A stretch of DNA of 64,000 nt from Candidatus Moraniibacteriota bacterium. GTDB taxonomy: Bacteria > Patescibacteriota > Minisyncoccia > Moranbacterales > UBA1568. Where the stretch lies: assembly GCA_049287005.1 (NCBI GenBank), contig JBAQEZ010000003.1, positions 605,670-669,669 of the forward strand, in the 5' to 3' direction. Position numbers and translations under genes: made by a program. Numbering within the stretch: the first letter of the stretch is position 1; every line of letters starts with the position of its first letter. Positions 18,326 to 27,975 of this stretch are shown here, piece after piece. The notes under the pieces are model-generated. The model was not told where the DNA came from, made no database searches, and was given only the letters and a program-made list of their open reading frames with translations.

Positions 18326-18400
18326 GTCGGTGTTATTAAAAATTAATTTTGATACATTAAGAACTAGACGCTTCTCAAGTCTACTGTGGATAACCTCCGC

Positions 18401-18436
18401 TTGCTTTCGTTAACTTTAGGTAGTATACTTTAGGTA
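18401..18436 (+). promoter_or_regulatory. sigma70-like promoter (TTGCTT-17-TATACT) with the direct repeats CTTTAGGTA x2 overlapping the -10
   Basis: Lies upstream of the LexA/CI-like gene. The direct repeats at 18414–18422 and 18428–18436 would suit an autoregulatory operator. Confidence 0.45.
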
Positions 18437-18458
18437 TTAAGATTTTGTCAAATTTACC

Positions 18459-19118
18459 ATGGAAAGGCTAACAAAGAAGCAGACAGAGGTGCTCCAGTTT
18501 GTGCAAGATTTTCAAAAGAATCACTTGCACTCACCTTCGCTAAAGGAAATTGCCCATTTTTTTGAAGTAAGCATTCCGACCATTTACCAGCATGTTTCAG
18601 CCCTTGAAAAAAAAGGCTATCTTCTTCGTACAAAAAACAAAAGACGTGATTTTGAAATTGCAGAAACGCCGATCCCTAAGAATGCAATAAAATCCCCTGC
18701 TTTTGAGGCATTCACGGTTCCAATTCTTGGAGCTGCTACTGCTGGTTTTCCAAGAAACTTTGCCGAGGGACATGTAGAAGGATACATCAAAGTTTCTCGT
18801 AGGTTATTAAAACCAAAAAAAGAGCTGTTCGCAGTGAGGATAGATGGCGAATCTATGAACAAGGCCTCTAAGGCAGATGTCCTTCTTGCAAATGGAAACT
18901 TTGCAATTATTGATCCGACAAAAACGAATCCCGAAAACAATACCTATGTGTTATCAGTTATTGACGGTCTAGCAAATATTAAGAAGTTTCAAAGAGATAA
19001 AAATGGGATTCGTCTCATATCAGAATCTACAGAAGGTATTTATAATAAACCTATTCACATATCTAGTAGCGACGAGTATATGGTCAATGGTGAGGTGGTA
19101 GCGGTAATTGAGAAATAA
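18459..19118 (+). CDS. LexA/CI-like repressor (HTH plus S24 peptidase)
   Basis: An N-terminal LexA-type HTH, then a C-terminal VRIDGESM...K S24 Ser-Lys dyad. Confidence 0.8.
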   Translation: MERLTKKQTEVLQFVQDFQKNHLHSPSLKEIAHFFEVSIPTIYQHVSALEKKGYLLRTKNKRRDFEIAETPIPKNAIKSPAFEAFTVPILGAATAGFPRNFAEGHVEGYIKVSRRLLKPKKELFAVRIDGESMNKASKADVLLANGNFAIIDPTKTNPENNTYVLSVIDGLANIKKFQRDKNGIRLISESTEGIYNKPIHISSSDEYMVNGEVVAVIEK

Positions 19119-19125
19119 TTAGGTT

Positions 19126-19902
19126 ATGTCACTAAAATCAAAGAAAGGTCAGAAAAATAGAGACCACGTCAATCTGCTTATTTCTGATCAAAAATTTCAA
19201 GAAGAAATCAGAAAAATAAGGGTAAAGCTTGGTATACCTTCCGAAGGGTTTACTAAAAACGCTGAAATCGAAGCTTGGACTTATAAAGCTGCAGATGAAG
19301 CTGACGAAATTTTTGATTCAGAAGATTTTTGTGAAAATCTTCTGAAGATAGATAAAGATTTTCAAGATCAGAAAATAACCTCTCGCGAGAAGGATAACCT
19401 AAGATATGAGGCACATCTTGTTTTGCCAACAAATTACGAAGCTCATGCTATAAGAGAGATAATTAAAAATTTCAATCTGCCGGAAAACTACGAATTCATG
19501 TTACGGACTTATCTGGTAAACAACAGCACTAACTTTCTTCCTAATAATTTTTCCATATCGTACTCAAAAGATCAAAGGAGTGTTTCTGTAAATATTTACA
19601 CTCGTCTAACCGATGAGGATTTAAGAGAGATTAAAGAATTTGTAAACACTTACCATGGAGATAAGCTCCCCTATATACAGAGCCTAAACAACTTAAGCGA
19701 AAAACTCTCTATAGAAGAATTAGATCGGAAAGCATACGAGGTAGATGCTGTTACCTACAAACCTTATAGACTCACAAATAAAGACATTGCGGAAAGAGTT
19801 CTAGGAGATCCTTCTAGAGGGAATGAGGTTTACGAAGCTAAAAGAGGACTGGAAAGACTGAGAAAGTCACGATTTACCACACGGAAAACTATTGACCAAT
19901 AG
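19126..19902 (+). CDS. hypothetical protein
   Basis: A 258-aa ORF with no family motif that I recognise. Confidence 0.45.
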   Translation: MSLKSKKGQKNRDHVNLLISDQKFQEEIRKIRVKLGIPSEGFTKNAEIEAWTYKAADEADEIFDSEDFCENLLKIDKDFQDQKITSREKDNLRYEAHLVLPTNYEAHAIREIIKNFNLPENYEFMLRTYLVNNSTNFLPNNFSISYSKDQRSVSVNIYTRLTDEDLREIKEFVNTYHGDKLPYIQSLNNLSEKLSIEELDRKAYEVDAVTYKPYRLTNKDIAERVLGDPSRGNEVYEAKRGLERLRKSRFTTRKTIDQ

Positions 19903-19966
19903 TTTTCCGATTATTGACAGTGCTGAGCTTTATACTAAGAACATAATTAATTTTATGTTTTTTAGT

Positions 19967-21250
19967 ATGAAAAAGCTCTCATGGACGACGATCCAAAAAC
20001 GTGTTGATGATCTCATCCCCCAGGAGATCAACCCTCGCAGAATCACTGACAAGCAAATGTCGGATCTCAAGCGAAGTTTGAAAAAATTTAATTTAGTAGA
20101 ATTGCCTGCGTCAGACAGCGACGGAACAATTCTCGCCGGACACCAGCGCATCAAAGCCCTGCAGTTGCTCGGCCGTGGAAAAGAATTGATCGACATCCGG
20201 GTACCGAATCGGAAATTGACCAATCAAGAAGTAAAGGAATACTTGATCGGCTCCAATAAGTTGGGTGGTGATTGGGATTATGATCTCTTGAAAGCCTTTG
20301 ACTTTGAAACTCTTTCCTTTGCGGGTTTCGACGCTATCGAAATCGCAAACTTCTGGGATGAGAAGAATGAGACGAAGGAGGACGCTTTCAATGTCACGGA
20401 AGAGCTCAAAAAAATCAAAGACCCGAAGACAAAACTCGGTGACATTATTCATCTCGGCAAACACAAGATTCTCTGTGGAGATGCGACTGATCCGAAAAAT
20501 CTTGCCCGTCTCTTTGGAGACGAACGAGCTAGCATGATCTACTCGGATCCTGTCTACAATATTTCTATCGATTACGACGGTGGCATTGGCGGAAACAAAG
20601 AATACGGAGGAAACGTGAACGATACTCGTACCTACGAGGAATACCAGCAATTCATAAAGGAGAGCCTTATAGCTGCTCTTTCCGTTTCCCAGTCCGATAC
20701 TCATGTCTTTTACTACTGTGATCAAGTTTACATCGGCCTGATCCAAGACATCTATCGATCGCTTGGCGTTGCGAACAAGCGTGTTTGTTTGTGGCTCAAA
20801 AACTCTCAAAATCCGGTTCCGAAAGTGTATTGTAACAAAGCCTATGAGCCGGCCGTATACGGCACCCGAGGGAAGCCTTATCTTGCCGAATCCATCACTA
20901 ATCTCAACGAGGTGATGAATCGTGAGTTTACTACGGGCAACGACCTGGTATCTCAGGTAGATGATTTTCTCGAAATCTGGACCGCTAAGCGTCTTTCCGC
21001 CAAAGAGTACCAACACGCTACCTCAAAGCCGATCACACTACACGAGAAGGCCATAAAACGCTGTACAAGACCAAACGATATCATTCTGGATAGCTTCCTC
21101 GGCTCTAGTAGCACTCTTCTCGCTGGAGAACAGTTAGGGCGCCGAGTGTACGGATGTGAGCTTGAGCCCCGGTTTTGCGATCTCGGCGCCAACAGGTACG
21201 AGGCTCTCACGGGAATTAAACCGATTATCGAACACTATGAAAAAGAATAA
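19967..21250 (+). CDS. ParB-like nuclease domain fused to an N4/N6 DNA methyltransferase
   Basis: A GHQRIKA ParB-N motif, the SDPVYN (DPPY-type) catalytic motif, and an FLGSSST SAM-binding loop. Confidence 0.8.
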   Translation: MKKLSWTTIQKRVDDLIPQEINPRRITDKQMSDLKRSLKKFNLVELPASDSDGTILAGHQRIKALQLLGRGKELIDIRVPNRKLTNQEVKEYLIGSNKLGGDWDYDLLKAFDFETLSFAGFDAIEIANFWDEKNETKEDAFNVTEELKKIKDPKTKLGDIIHLGKHKILCGDATDPKNLARLFGDERASMIYSDPVYNISIDYDGGIGGNKEYGGNVNDTRTYEEYQQFIKESLIAALSVSQSDTHVFYYCDQVYIGLIQDIYRSLGVANKRVCLWLKNSQNPVPKVYCNKAYEPAVYGTRGKPYLAESITNLNEVMNREFTTGNDLVSQVDDFLEIWTAKRLSAKEYQHATSKPITLHEKAIKRCTRPNDIILDSFLGSSSTLLAGEQLGRRVYGCELEPRFCDLGANRYEALTGIKPIIEHYEKE

Positions 21251-21635
21251 GTACCAAAATCAATTTTTGGAGGAACTGGCACACATTCCCATTATCCAAG
21301 TGGCTTGCGAGAAAACTGGGCTTTCCCGCAATAGCGTGTACCGATGGCGCAAAAAAGATTCCGTCTTTGCCAAAAAAATGGATGAGGCCCTTGCCGATGG
21401 CGTCGCTCTCGTAAACGACATGAGCGAAAGCCAGCTCCTCAATCTGATCAAAGAAAAGAGTTGGCCTGCGATTAGTTTTTGGTTGAGACATAGGAATGAT
21501 AACTACAAAGCAAAGGTACAAATTGATGGTTCCCTAAAGACCATTAGTGAGCTTTCTCCAGATCAAGAAAAGACAGTAAAAGAAGCTCTCAAATTAGCAG
21601 GATTAATTAAAGAAGACTATGAAGAAACTCAATAA
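21237..21635 (+). CDS. terminase small subunit (HTH)
   Basis: Lies immediately upstream of, and overlapping, TerL. It reads IIQVACEKTGLSRNSVYRWRKKD. Confidence 0.5.
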   Translation: MKKNKYQNQFLEELAHIPIIQVACEKTGLSRNSVYRWRKKDSVFAKKMDEALADGVALVNDMSESQLLNLIKEKSWPAISFWLRHRNDNYKAKVQIDGSLKTISELSPDQEKTVKEALKLAGLIKEDYEETQ

Positions 21636-23058
21636 AGAATTACTTGATAGCCTTGTGAAAGATCGTTCCGTTAGGCAAAAAGTAGTGTACGAAAGCCACA
21701 TGATGTTTTTTCTTGTTTACTTCGCACACTACGTTAAATATGAGTTAGCGAACTTTCATGAAGAAATCATTAATATCACGCAAGACAGTAAAAACAAACT
21801 GGCATGTATTGTTGCGTTTCGAGGTTCTGGCAAATCTACTCTGGTGACTACATCATACTCTTTATGGGCTATTCTCGGTCGGCAAGGTAAAAAATTTGTT
21901 CTCATCGTCTGTCAGACGCAAGCACAGGCAAAACAACATATGAGAAATTTACGATCCGAATTAGAAGAAAATAGACTCTTAAAAAGTGACTTGGGACCAT
22001 TCAAAGAAGAACCTGATCTTGAATGGGCTATTTCTTCATTAGTGTTCAGTAATACCGGAGCAAGAATCACCATTGCTTCCTTGGATCAGAGTATCCGCGG
22101 TATGCGACATCGTGAGTATCGTCCCGATCTCATTATTCTCGATGACGTTGAAGATGTGCAATCAGTAAAAACGGTAGAGTCGAGAGATAAAACGTTTGAT
22201 TGGTTTACAAGAGAAATCATCCCTCTCGGAGACCTCAATACGAGAACCATTGTTGTCGGAAATTTGCTACACGAAGATTCTCTTGTTATGAGATTGAGAG
22301 ACAAGATTGAAAATAAAGATATAGAAGGGGTCTATAGACAGTACCCACTTGTAAACCAAGATGGTATCTGTCTCTGGCCTGGAAAGTTTCCTAACAACGA
22401 AAGTCTGGAGTTATTTAGAAAATCAATTGTAAGCGAAACTAGCTGGCAAAGAGAGTATTTACTTCTTGTAGTGCCTGACGATTATCAGATAATTCATAGG
22501 GACTGGATACAACGTTATGATGAATTACCTAAAAATACCAGGTCATACTATGAAGTCATCATTGCCGTTGATCCGGCAATCACTCAAACAGAAAGATCTG
22601 ACTACACTGGGATAGTGTGCGGATTAGTGGTGTTTGAAAAATCAGATTATTATAAACTATATATCTTGCCTAATCCAATAAACGAAAAAATGGACTTTCC
22701 TACACTGGTAGACAGAATTAAGGCATTAGCGGAGGAGATTAAAAGAGATATCTATTATTCAATAGCAATCGTTGTAGAATCCGTGGGCTATCAAGAGGCA
22801 ATCCCTCAACAATTAAGACGAGAGGGTTTCGACAACTGTGAAGCGGTTAAACCAACGTCGGATAAAAGATCAAGACTGGCAGTAGTCAGTCATAGAATAA
22901 AAAATGGAGACATTTTATTTCCTAAGCAAGGAGCAGAAAACCTCATAAATCAAATTGTAAATTTAGGTAATGAAAAACACGACGATCTTGCTGATGCGTT
23001 TGTTATGTGCGCACAAAAGCATTCATCTTATACTGTACAGTATATAGGGTTTGCCTGA
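21619..23058 (+). CDS. terminase large subunit
   Basis: A Walker A motif AFRGSGKST, a Walker B motif LIILDDVED, and a C-terminal RNaseH-like nuclease region (AVDPAITQTERSDYTGIV). Confidence 0.8.
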   Translation: MKKLNKELLDSLVKDRSVRQKVVYESHMMFFLVYFAHYVKYELANFHEEIINITQDSKNKLACIVAFRGSGKSTLVTTSYSLWAILGRQGKKFVLIVCQTQAQAKQHMRNLRSELEENRLLKSDLGPFKEEPDLEWAISSLVFSNTGARITIASLDQSIRGMRHREYRPDLIILDDVEDVQSVKTVESRDKTFDWFTREIIPLGDLNTRTIVVGNLLHEDSLVMRLRDKIENKDIEGVYRQYPLVNQDGICLWPGKFPNNESLELFRKSIVSETSWQREYLLLVVPDDYQIIHRDWIQRYDELPKNTRSYYEVIIAVDPAITQTERSDYTGIVCGLVVFEKSDYYKLYILPNPINEKMDFPTLVDRIKALAEEIKRDIYYSIAIVVESVGYQEAIPQQLRREGFDNCEAVKPTSDKRSRLAVVSHRIKNGDILFPKQGAENLINQIVNLGNEKHDDLADAFVMCAQKHSSYTVQYIGFA

Positions 23059-23254
23059 TTTTTAAGAATCAAGAAAATATTTTCAAAATTCATTAGTTAG
23101 TATAGTGATAGAGCCTATAACAACGATATTATCTACTACTCCGATTATGTTGATGTGGGCTAGCAAAAGAGCTCGATTTTAGCTAAAAAAGTTGTCAACA
23201 AGTTGTCAACGATTGCCTCCTTTACTTCCCCCACCAGTCTGTCATTAATGAAGT

Positions 23255-24610
23255 ATGGATAATAGCTATATTTCAGCCCTCATTGGTCAACCAGCAGTAA
23301 TTCCGACAGTAAAGGTTAGGTACTGCCTCTATGCCAGAAAGTCTACCGAACAGGACGAAAAACAAGCCCTTTCCATTGAGTCGCAAGTGAAAGAAATGCT
23401 CGCTATCGCCGAAAGAGAAAATCTCGACATCATAGACATACGAAGAGAGGCGCATTCAGCTAAAGCTTCTGGACAACGGCCAGTCTTCAAGGAAATACTC
23501 GCCGATGTGCGAAGAGAACGGTTCAATGGAATCCTTGTTTGGCATCCTGATAGATTGAGCAGAAATGCGGGAGATCTTGGTTCGGTTGTAGATCTTATGG
23601 ATGAGCAATTGCTAGTGCAAATACGGACGTACGGACAGGCATTTACGAATACACCGAGCGAGAAGTTTCTCCTTATGATTCTATGCAGTCAGGCAAAACT
23701 CGAGAATGACAACAAGAGTATTAACGTAAAACGTGGACTCAGGACAAGGGTCGAGATGGGGTTATGGCCCGCCCCTGCCCCAACTGGCTACTTCAAAGAA
23801 AAGAGAATGGATCGCAAATGCGAAACGCTTATTGATCCAGATCGAGCACCAATCATAAAGCAAATGTTTGAAAAAGTGGCTTATGAAAAATGGAGTGGTC
23901 GGAAAGTTTATAATTGGCTGAAATTTGATCTCAATTTCAAAACAGCGGGTGGGAATAAGAATCTGACATTGAGTAACGTCTATATATTATTGCAAAATCA
24001 CTTCTATTATGGGACTTTCGAGTACCCGAAAAAGTCGGGAAACTGGTATCAGGGTAGACATGAACCGATTATTAGCAAAGAACTATTTGACCAAGTCCAA
24101 GCACAGGTAAAGAGCCATATACTGAGAACGCAAGAACCAAAAGAATTTGCCTTTACCAAACTGATGACTTGTGGACTTTGCGGATCTGGGATATCTGCTG
24201 ACGAAAAGTTTAAAAAGCTAAAAGATGGTTCAGCGAATAGACATGTCTATTACGGTTGTAGCAAATCCAAAGACAGAAATTGCAAACGAATTTATATTAA
24301 TGAATCAGATTTGATTAAACAACTTGAAATGCTTCTTGATAAAATAAGCATTGACGAAATTGGAATAGTAGAAAAAATAAAGTATGAAGTCGAAAGAATG
24401 AAGAAATTTCAACAATCTATTCTAAATATAAAACAAGAGGTACAAATAAAAGACGTAGACATCAGAGACTACGTTAAATTCATTTTGAAAGACGGATCAA
24501 TTGAAGAAAAGCGAGAATTACTAACTTGTCTCAAAAGTCGACTCATCCTTACAAAAGAGAAGAAATTAATTCTCAGGAAATATGAAACCACCATAGAAAA
24601 CAATATTTGA
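23255..24610 (+). CDS. large serine recombinase (phage-type integrase/resolvase family)
   Basis: A catalytic domain YARKSTEQ...VWHPDRLSRN, a recombinase domain, and a zinc ribbon CGLCGSG...YYGCSK. Confidence 0.85.
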   Translation: MDNSYISALIGQPAVIPTVKVRYCLYARKSTEQDEKQALSIESQVKEMLAIAERENLDIIDIRREAHSAKASGQRPVFKEILADVRRERFNGILVWHPDRLSRNAGDLGSVVDLMDEQLLVQIRTYGQAFTNTPSEKFLLMILCSQAKLENDNKSINVKRGLRTRVEMGLWPAPAPTGYFKEKRMDRKCETLIDPDRAPIIKQMFEKVAYEKWSGRKVYNWLKFDLNFKTAGGNKNLTLSNVYILLQNHFYYGTFEYPKKSGNWYQGRHEPIISKELFDQVQAQVKSHILRTQEPKEFAFTKLMTCGLCGSGISADEKFKKLKDGSANRHVYYGCSKSKDRNCKRIYINESDLIKQLEMLLDKISIDEIGIVEKIKYEVERMKKFQQSILNIKQEVQIKDVDIRDYVKFILKDGSIEEKRELLTCLKSRLILTKEKKLILRKYETTIENNI

Positions 24611-24692
24611 CTGAAGTTCCTTAAAAAGCCATAATAATAGTACAATATTGCCTAAACTCGTAGCAATACGAGCATGGCTCAATAGTAGAAAC

Positions 24693-24740
24693 CTACGTCA
24701 ATAAAAACGGTCTTCCGACCGGCACTTATTGACGTAGGTC
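24693..24740. repeat. 48-bp imperfect palindrome with 13-bp perfect arms (CCTACGTCAATAA ... TTATTGACGTAGG)
   Basis: Lies 80 bp after the recombinase stop codon. A third copy of CCTACGTCAA sits at 24848. It is a candidate att site or a terminator. Confidence 0.45.
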
Positions 24741-24862
24741 GATATCTCGAAAGAGATATCGGGCGGTTTCGAAAGGAATCGTCTGCTTGGTCGGAGGACC
24801 ATTTTTGTACCTTAAAAATCAAATAGCTCATTTCTCAATTAATTAAATCCTACGTCAAAAAT

Positions 24863-25678
24863 ATGTTCAACAATAAACCGCTTATATGTACGGCCTGTGG
24901 CTATGTCGGAAAACCACAGAGAATTACAAAGGGAAATACTTTAATCGAATTAATTCTCTGGCTATGCTTCCTGGTCCCTGGACTAATTTATTCAATCTGG
25001 AGACTGTCTTCGAAGTATGATGCTTGTCCGAAATGCAAGGGATCTTCTATGATCCCAACAGATAGTCCTGTTGGACAAAAAGTGATTAACGAACAAAAAA
25101 ATACTCTCGGAACAGACCCTGTTGAAACGTACAAAACAGAGAGTCAAAAAGAGACCGCTAAAAATACAAAGTTGGCCACGATAGTAATCGGAAGTGTTAT
25201 TGTGATGGTATCTATTTCAGCATACATTGGACAAAATAATGCAAAAAATGAACCACAAAATACCACCGTTCAACCAGTAGTGCAAACTTCCCAACCCACG
25301 TTTGATGTTCCAGCTCTGTTAGGAAAAAATATAGATGAAATTCGAAAAATTCTTGGAAAACCAACCGAAAAAAACATTGAAGCTCCTAAGGATATTCTCG
25401 ACAAGCAAAAAATGCTCGGCAATAGCTACGTTATGCAGACCTGGGATAACACTTTTGAATCCAATGGATTAAGAATAGATGTTGAATTCTATATAAAAAA
25501 TCGTTCCGTCAAAGAATTCTTCATTGAGGCTAATGATCCGTCTGGTATTACCAAAGACAAACAACGACTTCTTCTTATTGGCAACCTTAATGAAAAAGAT
25601 CCGCGATACTCAGTTGAATTTGTCAAAGCTAAGGTAGACCCAACTTCGTTTACTGGAATAATTATTTCTCCAAAATAA
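24863..25678 (+). CDS. hypothetical membrane protein with an N-terminal zinc ribbon
   Basis: CTACG...CPKC flanks a TM helix, and a second TM lies mid-protein. Confidence 0.5.
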   Translation: MFNNKPLICTACGYVGKPQRITKGNTLIELILWLCFLVPGLIYSIWRLSSKYDACPKCKGSSMIPTDSPVGQKVINEQKNTLGTDPVETYKTESQKETAKNTKLATIVIGSVIVMVSISAYIGQNNAKNEPQNTTVQPVVQTSQPTFDVPALLGKNIDEIRKILGKPTEKNIEAPKDILDKQKMLGNSYVMQTWDNTFESNGLRIDVEFYIKNRSVKEFFIEANDPSGITKDKQRLLLIGNLNEKDPRYSVEFVKAKVDPTSFTGIIISPK

Positions 25679-25814
25679 CCTCGTCATCCCGTTCTGTAAA
25701 TTCACGAGGAATGGAACTCGATTCAACTTCTTCGAGAAAAAACCAGAAAATCTTGCTGTGTCTTGTGATACGAACGGACAATTTCGAACCAACTACTTTA
25801 CGCTAGGTCAATAG

Positions 25815-25858
25815 CAAAAAAACAAAAACAGCGGTCAAGTGATCGCTGTTTTTTGTTA
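25815..25858. terminator. bidirectional terminator between convergent genes
   Basis: An AACAGCG...CGCTGTT hairpin flanked by an A run and a T run. Confidence 0.55.
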
Positions 25859-25893
25859 AAAAAAATTATTTCTAAAGCTTTAGCGTAAGCTTA

Positions 25894-26376
25894 TCACTCC
25901 AACTCTTTACTCATTTTTTCAAATCCTTTTCTATCTAAGTATTCACTAAGATCATAACGATGCCCGCCCTTTATCTCCCTGAAATCGAAAGCTTCTTTTT
26001 TCTGTGGATTCACCCATAAATAGTAACTATACCTGCCACCACCCTTAGTTTCGTGTAGTATTTTATGATTTAGTGATAATTTGCAAATCTCTTTCGTTGG
26101 GATCGTGATGGTATGTGGTTCAATATATCTCCTTCCTGTTTCCTCTGATTGCTCAATGACATAAATTAAAAAAATAAAGTAGTCTGCAGTGGCTTTCTGA
26201 ACGACATCTTTATGAAGAAAAAACCAACCACCGGAACCTTCACCAAAACTTTTCGACTCGCTTTTCTTTGGTTCATAGGCTTTGCTCCCTTTTACTTGAA
26301 TTGAAATAATTTTTTTATTTCTAACATTCATCAACACAAGATCAATTCCTTTCATTTGGGCATTGATAGGCATCAA
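25894..26376 (-). CDS. hypothetical protein (possible PD-(D/E)XK-like D...IQVK)
   Basis: A 160-aa ORF with GIDLVLMN...ISIQVKGSK. Confidence 0.4.
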   Translation of the reverse strand: MMPINAQMKGIDLVLMNVRNKKIISIQVKGSKAYEPKKSESKSFGEGSGGWFFLHKDVVQKATADYFIFLIYVIEQSEETGRRYIEPHTITIPTKEICKLSLNHKILHETKGGGRYSYYLWVNPQKKEAFDFREIKGGHRYDLSEYLDRKGFEKMSKELE

Positions 26377-26525
26377 AATCTCTACCTCTCTCGCGGTTTC
26401 ACTTCTTAATATGCCAGTGACAACCGCCTCGTCGGTATTCAGGCTCCAAAAGTTTTTATATGCTCTAATCGTAGTTTACGTTCATATAGGTATACTTAAT
26501 TGTGAAAACAAATCAGCCCCCTGTT

Positions 26526-26864
26526 TCAGGTATTTCTCATCATATCTAGAGTTAATTGTTTTTTTATTTTCTCCCAATCTCCCTCTGAGAAATTATATCC
26601 AGTTTTAAATCCTACCCAACAGATATCGTTAAGATGCTTATAATAACCATTTTGCTTTTCAACCATCTCCCACCATTTTTCATCGTTACCTAACAAATGC
26701 TTTGATGGATGAGCTGCTATTGCTTTATTATAATTTTGTGTTGTAATATTTCTCCATTCATCTTTAATTGTCGGATATTGTAACGCAACAGCTGCTTTCT
26801 TTAGATCTGCTGATCCTATCTTGACTTGATCAATGGAAAATATTTTTTTAAACACATCCCACAT
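26526..26864 (-). CDS. hypothetical protein
   Basis: A 112-aa ORF downstream of the AAA gene. Confidence 0.45.
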   Translation of the reverse strand: MWDVFKKIFSIDQVKIGSADLKKAAVALQYPTIKDEWRNITTQNYNKAIAAHPSKHLLGNDEKWWEMVEKQNGYYKHLNDICWVGFKTGYNFSEGDWEKIKKQLTLDMMRNT

Positions 26865-26883
26865 AATTTATATAATTTGCCAG

Positions 26884-27975
26884 TTATTTTCTTTCCATAT
26901 TTACAAATTGATCAAAGTATTCAATATCCTCCACTGAAATTGATGGGTTAAATTTATTGATTGCTTCAACTAGCATTTTCTCATCAACCATATTTTTATT
27001 TTGAGACACGGCAGCGCGAGCTGCCTCTGTGACAATCAGTTCAATATCTGATCCCACATAATTCTCTGACATTTTTGCAAGTTTTTCAAAATCAATGTCA
27101 TTATCATATGGTCGACCAGAGAGACAAATTTTAAACATATCTCTCCTTGCTTTAAAATCAGGCGGTCCAATATAAATTCGCTTGTCCATTCTACCTGATC
27201 GGAGTATGGCTGTATCAATCATATGTGGCCTATTTGTTGCTCCAACAACTAAAATCTTATTCTGACCAGCATTATTAAGTTGAAGCAAGAACTCATTTAT
27301 TTCTTCTTTTTTAATATCAGCCGAGGCGCTTAACTCTTCTCTTTTTGGTACAAGCCCTTCGATTTCGTCAATAAACACAATTGATGGTGCTTGCAGCTTT
27401 GCCATTTCAAAAACTTTACCAATATTACCTACCGCGCCGTGAACATAGGAGGTTGCAACAGAAGAAGGGGCCATCTCGATAAAGTTATACCCGAGTTCCT
27501 CTGCTAATTTTTTAACAATAAATGTTTTGCCGCATCCCGGAGGTCCAAAAAGTAATATACCATTCGGGATGCCGAGCTTGAATTTTATATACTTCTCCGG
27601 ATTCAACAATGGCTCTATCACCTCATTGATCAAAAGGTTTTTCAGAGATTCCATACCAGCGACACAATCAAAGCCACGCAAGACAGTAAGATCATCTATG
27701 ACGTCACCGATCTTTTCATTTGCGTGTTCATCTGTAATAACACAAAGGTGTTTTTTTCCTCCATGATTAATTGTAATCAAATCGTATTTTTTTGCGCGGT
27801 CAACAACTTCCTCTGGTTGTATATTAGTAAAAAGATAAAGATATTTTCCATTAGAAAGTACATACACTTCCGTAAAAAAGACTCGTTCAATGCGGCTCGT
27901 AACTGTGATGTCATCTCTTATTTTGAAGCCATTATGCAAAATTGGCTTTGTAGGTGTCGCCATATTTTTATTCAC
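26884..27975 (-). CDS. AAA+ ATPase (classic AAA clade with a single AAA domain)
   Basis: A Walker A motif GPPGCGKT, a Walker B motif IVFIDEIEG, and a second region of homology with an arginine finger (GATNRPHMIDTAILRSGRMD). Confidence 0.85.
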   Translation of the reverse strand: MNKNMATPTKPILHNGFKIRDDITVTSRIERVFFTEVYVLSNGKYLYLFTNIQPEEVVDRAKKYDLITINHGGKKHLCVITDEHANEKIGDVIDDLTVLRGFDCVAGMESLKNLLINEVIEPLLNPEKYIKFKLGIPNGILLFGPPGCGKTFIVKKLAEELGYNFIEMAPSSVATSYVHGAVGNIGKVFEMAKLQAPSIVFIDEIEGLVPKREELSASADIKKEEINEFLLQLNNAGQNKILVVGATNRPHMIDTAILRSGRMDKRIYIGPPDFKARRDMFKICLSGRPYDNDIDFEKLAKMSENYVGSDIELIVTEAARAAVSQNKNMVDEKMLVEAINKFNPSISVEDIEYFDQFVNMERK

